Below are positions 1-8,630 of a stretch of DNA of 64,000 nt, one piece after another. The first letter of the stretch is position 1. Each line of letters begins with the position of its first letter. The stretch is from a virus (Duplodnaviria; Caudoviricetes), in IMG/VR virus record IMGVR_UViG_3300014206_000007, positions 155,919 to 219,918 of that record. One strand, 5' to 3'. The notes below the pieces were generated by a model. It was not told the origin of the DNA, did not search any database, and saw only the letters and a list, made by a program, of their open reading frames with translations. The translations under genes and the position numbers were made by a program.

Positions 1-44
1 TAAATAAAACTTAAAATTTATAGAAAGTTGGTGAAAAAATAGAT

Positions 45-1010
45 ATGGGATATCAACCAGTAAGTTATTTGTCCTATCGAAATGGGCAAGATAACGATGA
101 AAGAGTTCACATAGATGGAAATTTGCAACCGCCATCATTCCAAAGCATGTATCAAAATTTTGATCGCTTTTATTCAATATATCCCGATACAGAATTGGTT
201 GATTTAAAACAATACATTTTTTTAGTTCGACCCGAACTAAATGTTTTGTCAGAATCCAATCCAAACGTAGTTAGCGAAACATGTTCGAAGGATAATTGGA
301 TGAAGCTAATGGCAAAAGATAATAATATAATGATGAGGCATCTTACAACTGCATTAGACCCAAATCATGATTTTATGACATTTTTAGTTGGAAGAACCGA
401 ATCATTACAGATACCAGATTATAGTCTAAAAAATTATAGTATAAGTCAACCATATACAAATTTCTTGATGCCATATGCAACAAATGCAATTGAGTCAAGA
501 ACAGGAGGAACATTTGATATTATTTTTAGAGAAGATAATAAACTTCGTGTTAATAAATTATTTTATACATGGATGTATTATATAGATGCGGTTAATAGAG
601 ATATCTTTACACCAAAATATAAGTATATCATATATAATAAATTTGATTATGTTACTAGTGTATACCATTTTGTATGTGCCCCTGATGGGGAAACCATATT
701 ATGGTGGAGTAAGTATACAGGATGTATACCAATAAATGTACCAAATAGTAACTTGAGTTTTAATCTTAGAGGTCAAGCAGATAATAAAATATCAGTATCA
801 TTTGCATACTTCTTACATGAAGCAATGACTCCAGATATTTTAGCGGACTTTAATCAAAATTCAAGAGCAAGCATGAATCAATATGTTCCGACATATGATG
901 AATATTCACATGGTTCTGGAAACGCCTTAGTTGGGGCTCCATTTATATATAGAAAAGATTCAGAAGCATATCAATATTATCTAAGATGGAGAAGACCTAG
1001 ACAATTTTAA
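45..1010 (+). CDS. Tail tube/baseplate-hub-like structural protein
   Basis: 321 aa; F-D-I-x-F-R-E-D..F-Y-T-W and G-C-I-P..S-F-A-Y pattern typical of T4 gp19/48/54-like tube fold; directly upstream of baseplate gene. Confidence 0.6.
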   Translation: MGYQPVSYLSYRNGQDNDERVHIDGNLQPPSFQSMYQNFDRFYSIYPDTELVDLKQYIFLVRPELNVLSESNPNVVSETCSKDNWMKLMAKDNNIMMRHLTTALDPNHDFMTFLVGRTESLQIPDYSLKNYSISQPYTNFLMPYATNAIESRTGGTFDIIFREDNKLRVNKLFYTWMYYIDAVNRDIFTPKYKYIIYNKFDYVTSVYHFVCAPDGETILWWSKYTGCIPINVPNSNLSFNLRGQADNKISVSFAYFLHEAMTPDILADFNQNSRASMNQYVPTYDEYSHGSGNALVGAPFIYRKDSEAYQYYLRWRRPRQF

Positions 1011-1038
1011 AAAATAATATAAAGGAGGTATAGTTATT

Positions 1039-3978
1039 ATGGACTATAGTAATTTATCAGAAATTAAAAAATATTGGCTTGAAGAAATTGCACCAAACTA
1101 TTTTGATATGGAAAATACAAATAATTACCAAGTTGGTATATTTGGCTATATAAATGAAATAATTGGAAATACTGCTGAAGATTCATTCAATGCTATCAAT
1201 ATAGCAAGAAGAGAATTCTATCCAGTAACCGCTCAATATAAGCAGTCCTTATATAAAATGGCTGCAACACAAAAAATTGATTTACCATTAACAACTCCAG
1301 CATCTTCTAAAGCAATTCTAATATTCAAAGAAGATGAAATAGTGAGTAATGGTACTTATAATAATGGAGTCTATACATGTGTAATTGATAGTAGTTTACA
1401 AATTATGGCAGGAGATATTCCATTCCTTTTGGACTATCCAATAGTTATAATTTCTAAAAGAGAAGGAAATAAGTGGATACACACATCTCACTATCAAATT
1501 GATATAGAAAACTCTTTAAGTAATAACCCAAACCGTTATATCATGAATAAAACAATTATCCAGAGTGGGGTAAGATATGTTTTATTATCGGTATCATTAA
1601 AGCAACTTTCACTTGAATCGATGTCTCAATTGGTAGTGAAAGATAATATAGTTAATACAGTAACAATGGATTTTAGATTTAGTGGAAATTTAGCTAACTT
1701 CGAAGTTTTTTATCGTGAAGTAACTGGCTCTACTAATGATATCCAATTAAAGAAAGTTTTAAAGGGTGGCTCAGCACCACCTAATCCATTCTGTTATTAT
1801 GAAATCGTCGATCCAAATATAATAAGATTGACATTTAAGAAGAATGTATATTTCAATCCTGCATTTAATTCAGAAATTATATTAAATGCATATACATCTC
1901 TAGGAGATGCAGGAAACTTTGAAGTATTTAAAGATGCATTAACATGTACTGCAAAATCAGAAAAATACCCTTATAATAATAAGATGATTATTACTGGTAA
2001 AATTAATGGTAGTAGTAGAGGTGGAGTTAATGCTGTCGTAGATGAAGAATTTAGAAAATTAATTACTGATGCATATAGCACCAATAATACAATTACTACA
2101 TCTAATGATTTACAAATTTACTTTGATAAAGTTGCCAGAATTAATCAAGATGCACAAAAAACTAAAGTTCTTTTTAGGAAGAAACGTGATGATGCATTGG
2201 TTAGATTATATGGTGCATATATTTTATTAAAAGACACATATAATAATATTGTGCCTACAAATACCGTCGACCTTAATTTATGGAAGAATGATATAAGTCC
2301 AGCTGGTCCTGACTCATCTAATCGTATATTTATAAAACCAGGAACACTTTTTGAATATGAAACAGGAGTGTTTACTGCAAAAAAGGTAAGCGATTTAACA
2401 ATAGTTGATGATTTAAATGTGTATGATGATAATAGTAGATTTATTTTCTCAAATCCATTTCTTATCGCACTCACATTAGACCCTAATGTAGTTGGTTACT
2501 ACTTAAACTCAATCAATTCAATTAAACCAATTGAATATAAATATGTAAATGATAATACACTAAATCAGTTTATTGGAAGTAATCTTAAATTCTACAGAAA
2601 TGCATTGATAGGAGAAAATTTCTATAAAATTTCAATGACAATTTCGCCAGCATCAGAAATTGATCCGGCTACTATTGTAACGGTTAATTCTCCAGCAGAG
2701 GTCGCTAATGTCATTAGAGCTCCAAAAAATGGAATATTATTAAATATTCAATATGAAACTGATGGAGTTTATGCTAATTTCTTATATGACGATGCAACTA
2801 CTCAGAAAATTCAAGTAAATAATATCGTTAAAAAGAATATCGTTTCTGGAGCATTTGAATATGTTACTGGATATGATATCCAAATTGAAGCATCTAAAAG
2901 ATTTATACAAAATGATATCCTTGCAATAAAAAAAGATACCGATCTTGGTAGAGTAAGAATTGGGTTAGACTTTAAAAATATTTTATATGACAATCTCTAT
3001 TATATTCCATTTACTATTGAGAACTATGATGCCAATTTAAATAGTTATGATATTGCGGCATATATATCAACTGACGATACCCTTACTCTCGAAGCACATT
3101 TATTAATTGAACATGGGATTATTAATAACACTGGTATAGAGAATGACAATATTACAATTCCAATGAACCAATTGGATGCTGAAATACATGTCTTCTTCAA
3201 TAACTATGATACTAACTATTCCCATCAATATGACGGATTTGACTATTTTAGAAGTTATACGTTAACTAATACTTATAGCCTAGATGGTACTGAAGAAAAT
3301 TATAAAGTATCATTAATTCAGCAAATTGATTTTATCCGTAGCACAATGACATTTACAGATAATCTCGAAGACCCAACTAATTTTGGAATCGTGTTAAAAG
3401 AAGTACCAGTATCTAAAGCTAACTGGTGTAAATCAATATCGAATTTTAGATATCTAATCGATAATATTTATGATAACTATCTAAAATTATCAGATACATA
3501 TTACACATTAGAAAATAACTATGGTATTGACTTAAAATTCTTTAATACTTACGGTAAATCAAGATTCTTTAATGTTGGTCTTAAAAATATTACTAGTGTA
3601 TTGGATAGTGTCAACTGCTCATTTAGTTTTGGAGTTTACTTGACTTCATTAACCTCACCAAATGTATTTTTAACTGAATTTAGACAATTTGTAAAAGACT
3701 ATATAGAATCAATTAATTCAGTGAGTGTTTCCGGACAATCATTGTATATAATGAATCTTATTACTAGTCTGAAAATGAAGTTTTCTGAAATTGGTTATAT
3801 TGAATACTATGGTCTTAATAGCTATAGCCACGAAGCACAAAAAATTGAAGGATTATCGAATGCTCAAATTGTAGCTTCGGGAATAACTGACTATATTCCT
3901 GAATTTATTAATATACATTCAGTTCAAGAAGGCGCTGAGATGGTTCCGCAAATTAATATACTATTACTTGATTCATAA
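1039..3978 (+). CDS. Baseplate wedge protein (gp6-like)
   Basis: 979 aa, AAGGAGG RBS; REFYPVTAQ..SLYKMA, YTSLGDAGN, SRGGVN..TITTSNDL motifs resemble jumbo-phage baseplate wedge proteins. Confidence 0.65.
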   Translation: MDYSNLSEIKKYWLEEIAPNYFDMENTNNYQVGIFGYINEIIGNTAEDSFNAINIARREFYPVTAQYKQSLYKMAATQKIDLPLTTPASSKAILIFKEDEIVSNGTYNNGVYTCVIDSSLQIMAGDIPFLLDYPIVIISKREGNKWIHTSHYQIDIENSLSNNPNRYIMNKTIIQSGVRYVLLSVSLKQLSLESMSQLVVKDNIVNTVTMDFRFSGNLANFEVFYREVTGSTNDIQLKKVLKGGSAPPNPFCYYEIVDPNIIRLTFKKNVYFNPAFNSEIILNAYTSLGDAGNFEVFKDALTCTAKSEKYPYNNKMIITGKINGSSRGGVNAVVDEEFRKLITDAYSTNNTITTSNDLQIYFDKVARINQDAQKTKVLFRKKRDDALVRLYGAYILLKDTYNNIVPTNTVDLNLWKNDISPAGPDSSNRIFIKPGTLFEYETGVFTAKKVSDLTIVDDLNVYDDNSRFIFSNPFLIALTLDPNVVGYYLNSINSIKPIEYKYVNDNTLNQFIGSNLKFYRNALIGENFYKISMTISPASEIDPATIVTVNSPAEVANVIRAPKNGILLNIQYETDGVYANFLYDDATTQKIQVNNIVKKNIVSGAFEYVTGYDIQIEASKRFIQNDILAIKKDTDLGRVRIGLDFKNILYDNLYYIPFTIENYDANLNSYDIAAYISTDDTLTLEAHLLIEHGIINNTGIENDNITIPMNQLDAEIHVFFNNYDTNYSHQYDGFDYFRSYTLTNTYSLDGTEENYKVSLIQQIDFIRSTMTFTDNLEDPTNFGIVLKEVPVSKANWCKSISNFRYLIDNIYDNYLKLSDTYYTLENNYGIDLKFFNTYGKSRFFNVGLKNITSVLDSVNCSFSFGVYLTSLTSPNVFLTEFRQFVKDYIESINSVSVSGQSLYIMNLITSLKMKFSEIGYIEYYGLNSYSHEAQKIEGLSNAQIVASGITDYIPEFINIHSVQEGAEMVPQINILLLDS

Positions 3979-3981
3979 AAT

Positions 3982-4009
3982 TATTGGAGAGATAAAATTC
4001 TCTCCAATA
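3982..4009 (+). terminator. Intrinsic terminator hairpin
   Basis: TATTGGAGAG/CTCTCCAATA inverted repeat followed by T-rich tract. Confidence 0.7.
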
Positions 4010-4030
4010 TTTACTTTATTTATATACGAA

Positions 4031-4042
4031 AACAGACTAATA
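4031..4042 (+). promoter_or_regulatory. Late-type promoter AACA-N6-TA
   Basis: AACA GACTAA TA upstream of virion-type gene; motif recurs before structural genes. Confidence 0.6.
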
Positions 4043-4068
4043 AAAATAAAATATTTTAATCGAAAGGT

Positions 4069-5655
4069 GTGAAAATTTTTATGATGATAAATAAAGCAAT
4101 ATTAGAAAATAAGCTCCAAGATAAATTTAATAATTTAACTCTTCATTCAATAATCAATGAAGCATTCCTTGGTGGTTTATTATTTGGAAAGACCGAATTA
4201 ACTAGAGAACAAACTCTTGACTTAAGCAAATATTCATATAAAGTTCTAGAATCTGTTGGTGGATTTAAGGCATTGGAATATGCAATGGAAAATGAAAACC
4301 AACTAGATAGATTGGTACTATTATCAAAAATTTATGATGTTTGTACTGAGTCATCTGCATCCATGGCAAAATACCATGTAAAAGCTAATGAAGCTGCTAC
4401 TACTGAAAAAGGTTTACAAGAAATTGTAGATAAAGCAACTTTCACAAAAGAAGAATATGCAAAGTTTATAAAAAATGCTAAGAGTATTGATATCGACTAT
4501 ATCTCCAAGATAATCAAAGATAAAGTAATTAAAGTTATCAATGATGAACGTGAAGAATATGAGAAAAATGAACAGTTAGAAAAAGAAATAATCGATACTG
4601 TTAAAGATGAAAATTCTACAGAAAATGATGATGCAACATTAGAAAGCTATTTAGATATAGTATTAGATAAATCTTTTATAAGAGAACCTATATCATTATT
4701 TTCTAAACTACAAGATATTGCAATTGAGAATTTGATGCATTCAGATATGTCTCTATTGCTAAAGGCTAATACTGAGATTCCAATGAATGTTATTAACACT
4801 GTAACATTTGAAGAATCACTGGATACATTATCAAGAAATAATGTTAAAAATCCACTTCAAGCTCTAGAAAGTGCTTGTGTATCATTAAATAATGATAAAA
4901 CTGATATAGAAAAAGCTAAAGTTTTTGAGCTATCAACTATATCATCAATCGTTATTTATACTGCATTAGAAACTTTGAATACTTTTAATCTATATACTCC
5001 ATCTAAGGATGAAATTAGAAAAGTCTTAGAATGTGAAAATTCTTATGACGAAAGTCTAGATTTATCCATCAATAATGTTAGTAATATTATTAAGAGTAAA
5101 CTATCCGAAATTCAAAATAAATGTCTAGATAATAACTGCATGAATCAGAAAGAAATGATTAAAACGAATGTTGAATTAGAAAAATATCGTGAGATCATAT
5201 ATAAGTTTATAGAAAATGAAAAATATGCTGATGCAGTTCAGACATTATGTAATGAAATAAGTAATACAATTGAACTTATCGGAATAAAATTGAAAAAACT
5301 TGCTACTGTAAAGGTAGCTCCAACTAAATTATCATCTTTTGAGAAAAGAGAAAAAGAAACCTTTATTAGCGAATTGAATAAGATTGCAAGACAATTGACA
5401 GCAAAACCTAATGTAGGTGAACTTAAAATAAATCTAAACCCAGAAAATGAAAATCCAGTATTCTTAAATATTGAATTTAAAGAGCCTAGTGGTGTTAAGG
5501 TTGATCAGACTAATATCCCTATTAGACATAGACCAGCATTTGGTTCTGTTATAGAATATATTAAAGAATCAGTATCAACATCCAAGCTATCAACTAATGA
5601 TAACTTAAGAATTTATATCTATGATATAAATACTGGCAGTCGTACAAATTTATAA
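4069..5655 (+). CDS. Putative virion (internal head) protein
   Basis: 528 aa helical; several A-L/M-E sites (ALE, AME, ALES) like phiKZ-type prohead-protease sites; true start may be 4081. Confidence 0.5.
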   Translation: MKIFMMINKAILENKLQDKFNNLTLHSIINEAFLGGLLFGKTELTREQTLDLSKYSYKVLESVGGFKALEYAMENENQLDRLVLLSKIYDVCTESSASMAKYHVKANEAATTEKGLQEIVDKATFTKEEYAKFIKNAKSIDIDYISKIIKDKVIKVINDEREEYEKNEQLEKEIIDTVKDENSTENDDATLESYLDIVLDKSFIREPISLFSKLQDIAIENLMHSDMSLLLKANTEIPMNVINTVTFEESLDTLSRNNVKNPLQALESACVSLNNDKTDIEKAKVFELSTISSIVIYTALETLNTFNLYTPSKDEIRKVLECENSYDESLDLSINNVSNIIKSKLSEIQNKCLDNNCMNQKEMIKTNVELEKYREIIYKFIENEKYADAVQTLCNEISNTIELIGIKLKKLATVKVAPTKLSSFEKREKETFISELNKIARQLTAKPNVGELKINLNPENENPVFLNIEFKEPSGVKVDQTNIPIRHRPAFGSVIEYIKESVSTSKLSTNDNLRIYIYDINTGSRTNL

Positions 5656-5662
5656 AAGATAA

Positions 5663-5698
5663 AAAGTATATAGTAATCGAATGATTACTATATACTTT
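5663..5698. terminator. Bidirectional terminator
   Basis: 16-bp perfect inverted repeat between convergent genes. Confidence 0.8.
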
Positions 5699-5705
5699 AT
5701 TTTTA

Positions 5706-5936
5706 TTATTTATCTAGTTCTTTAATCATAACATCGTTTCCCATCTGGGATGTAAATATATATAAATCCATAACTCCAGAGCTTTTTATTTGCTTTTCTT
5801 TTAATTTATTAATTATATTAGAGCGTACTTCACTCTCTTTGCTATTTTCTATCATGTAAAACTTATCATCTTTTTTAGATTTCGAATATAGCTCTAATAA
5901 TACTTCAGCAATTAATGATTCTTTTTGTATCGCCAT
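5706..5936 (-). CDS. Hypothetical protein
   Basis: ORF; start moved to MAIQKES after AAGGGGAGATG-type RBS. Confidence 0.6.
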   Translation of the reverse strand: MAIQKESLIAEVLLELYSKSKKDDKFYMIENSKESEVRSNIINKLKEKQIKSSGVMDLYIFTSQMGNDVMIKELDK

Positions 5937-5970
5937 AAAAAAACATCTCCCTTTATATAGATTATTAAAT

Positions 5971-6600
5971 TTATGTGGCATATTCATATTCAACAGTATC
6001 CAAAATTAGATTTTTATATGCCGTTGAATTTTCAACTTTCCGTTTATTAAATTTACAATCAAAGCCGTCTTGGTATTCTAGGAATAATTCTACTCTTGGT
6101 TTAATTGAAAAGTATTTTTCAACAGTTCCAATTTGAATGATATTATCATTAATTAATAAAATACCTTGTAGCATATCTGAATATGCTTTACCTAAATTAT
6201 CCCAATCAGGATCTTGTATTGGACAAATAATTCCTTTTTCAGCTAAATATAGCTCTGTATTTGTCATTGATGATGGAGATAATTGATATGTTTTAACTAA
6301 TAATTTAGTTCGAGTAAATATGACTCCTAAATCGTCAATATATTCTTTTATGATTTTTTTATTTTGCTGCGCTCCTTTAACATAAAAATGCTTTGATTTA
6401 AATTGATACCTTGGTCTTGGAGTAGGTTTAGGTATTATTGGTAAAAGTATATTAATCTTTTTCCATTCTAGTTTATTAATTCGATTTTCCTCCTCCATGA
6501 TCTTATCTTTATTTAAGTTTAAGTTATTTTCCAAATAAATTAATATTTCCTCTTTTATATTTGAAAGATGTCCGAACTTTTCTTCATATTCTTTATCCAT
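5971..6600 (-). CDS. rusA: RusA-family Holliday junction resolvase
   Basis: PKPTPRPR N-motif and PDWDNLGKAYSDMLQGILLINDNII..EKYFSIKPRVE = RusA D-x-D-N..K...D...DD signature. Confidence 0.8.
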   Translation of the reverse strand: MDKEYEEKFGHLSNIKEEILIYLENNLNLNKDKIMEEENRINKLEWKKINILLPIIPKPTPRPRYQFKSKHFYVKGAQQNKKIIKEYIDDLGVIFTRTKLLVKTYQLSPSSMTNTELYLAEKGIICPIQDPDWDNLGKAYSDMLQGILLINDNIIQIGTVEKYFSIKPRVELFLEYQDGFDCKFNKRKVENSTAYKNLILDTVEYEYAT

Positions 6601-6610
6601 AAAAATGCTC

Positions 6611-8347
6611 CTATCGATTTTGTATTTGGAATATTTTACTTAATGCATTTGATAAGCTATCAGTAATTCCCCTAAATTCATTAGCCGGAATATCAGTAAA
6701 TTTATTTTTGATGGCTGCTGTAGCAATATCAATTTTTGCATTTAAATTATTCATCTTTAAATCAACTCCACATAATGTACCTAGATATTCAACTAACGCA
6801 GTATTCTGCAATGCCAAGAATGGTTTTGCTGTTGACGATACCATTAGCTGTGAATATAATGGAGTTATATCAAAAGTTACTTCAAATTCCGTTGGAATTC
6901 CATGTACTGTCCATGATGTATTGTCTGGGCCACCTCTAACAATATTCATATTTGTGATTATTGCTAAGTCTGAATTAAACCATCCTTTTTGGAAGGCTCT
7001 TACAATAAATGGATAGGTGTACATATTATTCGATAGTTGCTTTGGTAAGGATAAAGCTAATAAGTGCATTATTGGAACCATGCATCTTAAGAAAATAGAT
7101 AATTTATTACCATATAATGATGTAAATTTCAAACTACATGACATAGATTTTGAATAATTTACACCATCAACCATTTGTGGAAATACTAATCTTCCACCTT
7201 TAAAATAGTTTTTAGTTAAACCCATAAAACTCTTTATAAATCCATCGTTTTCTGATCCATTAAAAATTGATTGTAAATCATTTTCTAACGCTGAATCAGT
7301 TATTGAACCTATTGGTCCGCCGAATAAGAATTCAAGATTTCTGGCTACGCTATTTAAAGATGAATTGTTAATAATTTCTTCCAATTGTGATGCTGTAGTA
7401 TCGGTAGATATATTTTCATTAACACTAGTACCTTGATTTGTTACAAAGAAGTGCACATATGAATTATCTCCAACAGCACTACTTACTAATCTATCATAAG
7501 CACCTTTCATATCACCAAATACTGAATTTGAATTAGTAGCTGATGCCTTTTCAGGCTCTAACCAATAATCATAATTAAAGTTTTTAAGTTTCTGTGTTCC
7601 ATATGGAATTTTCTCATCACCGATTCCCATTAATATAGCCATCATTCTACATAAGTAGTTAACTACATTCATATATTCTTTTCGGTTTTGTTTAAATTCA
7701 TACAATTTACCATTTAATACGTTACTATCATTATCACTTAAAATCTTAGATTTTAATGCTGAATCTCCAGTTGTTATTCCTAATACTCTTTCATAGAATG
7801 CATTTTTCTGGTCTTTTGAAAAACCTGGTAAATAGTTAACCGTCCCAGGGCATAATGATAGTATACTAGGATTCGATAACATTGAATTTGCAAAAGCTCT
7901 TCCAACACCAGGTGTAATGTCATTGATATATTGAATATCGACATTCATATTAAATTGTGGTGGACATCCAAAAGCTCTTATATATCTATAAAACAATGTT
8001 TTGTATCCTGCCGTATTGACAGTTGTTTCAACAATAGTTTTACCAGTATCATCTATTGTATCATAATTTTCACTATAATCAATTTGATCTGGTTCTGCAT
8101 ATCCATATGCAGGTGGTTGAGATGTTGATGGAGGTGGAGTGCTTTCAGTAACTTTTGTTAGATAAACTCCAGAACACCACCCATTAACGGGAGATGTAAT
8201 ATGTATCCATCCATTTTTCGTTTCATTATTTTCACTTCGTAATGTAGTATTATACGGGAATGCTGAACCTGCAAGTCCATAAGAAACTCCTGGTCCAGAC
8301 CTTATATTTAATGCGCCACTGGCGTTTACTTTATATACAGTACTCAT
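6611..8347 (-). CDS. SH3b-domain virion/baseplate protein
   Basis: N-terminal ALNIRSGPGVSY..GWIHI..GWCSGVYL (SH3b); remainder resembles jumbo-phage tail/baseplate proteins. Confidence 0.65.
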   Translation of the reverse strand: MSTVYKVNASGALNIRSGPGVSYGLAGSAFPYNTTLRSENNETKNGWIHITSPVNGWCSGVYLTKVTESTPPPSTSQPPAYGYAEPDQIDYSENYDTIDDTGKTIVETTVNTAGYKTLFYRYIRAFGCPPQFNMNVDIQYINDITPGVGRAFANSMLSNPSILSLCPGTVNYLPGFSKDQKNAFYERVLGITTGDSALKSKILSDNDSNVLNGKLYEFKQNRKEYMNVVNYLCRMMAILMGIGDEKIPYGTQKLKNFNYDYWLEPEKASATNSNSVFGDMKGAYDRLVSSAVGDNSYVHFFVTNQGTSVNENISTDTTASQLEEIINNSSLNSVARNLEFLFGGPIGSITDSALENDLQSIFNGSENDGFIKSFMGLTKNYFKGGRLVFPQMVDGVNYSKSMSCSLKFTSLYGNKLSIFLRCMVPIMHLLALSLPKQLSNNMYTYPFIVRAFQKGWFNSDLAIITNMNIVRGGPDNTSWTVHGIPTEFEVTFDITPLYSQLMVSSTAKPFLALQNTALVEYLGTLCGVDLKMNNLNAKIDIATAAIKNKFTDIPANEFRGITDSLSNALSKIFQIQNR

Positions 8348-8433
8348 TTATTTCAACTCCTTTTTACTTAAGAATATTAATAACTTTGTTAATGCTTATT
8401 TAGAGTATTAACAGTATCTTATTAAATTGTAAA

Positions 8434-8443
8434 TATATATTAT
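8434..8443 (+). promoter_or_regulatory. Early-type promoter TATATATTAT driving an ORF-less unit
   Basis: Exact copy of the motif found before accessory operons. Confidence 0.55.
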
Positions 8444-8449
8444 TTTAGT

Positions 8450-8624
8450 AAGAAATAAAATAACACCCCCCTTCACCCCTCGTAATAGGTAAAAGCAGGC
8501 GCAGTAAATAAGCCTAAACAAATTTCCGTTTGGAGTTCCTATTCTCCTCCTTACTATTATAGTCCTAATACCGATAGGTCATAATAGATTTAAAAAGAGA
8601 TTGCATATGCAATCTCTTTTTTTT
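8450..8624 (+). ncRNA. Putative small RNA with C-rich anti-SD tracts
   Basis: Promoter 8434, no ORF, GC-rich stems, ACACCCCCCTTCACCCCTC and TTCTCCTCCTTAC tracts, ends in terminator 8592-8624. Confidence 0.55.
8592..8624. terminator. Bidirectional terminator
   Basis: AAAAAGAGATTGCA-TA-TGCAATCTCTTTTTTTT. Confidence 0.8.
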
Positions 8625-8630
8625 GTTATC

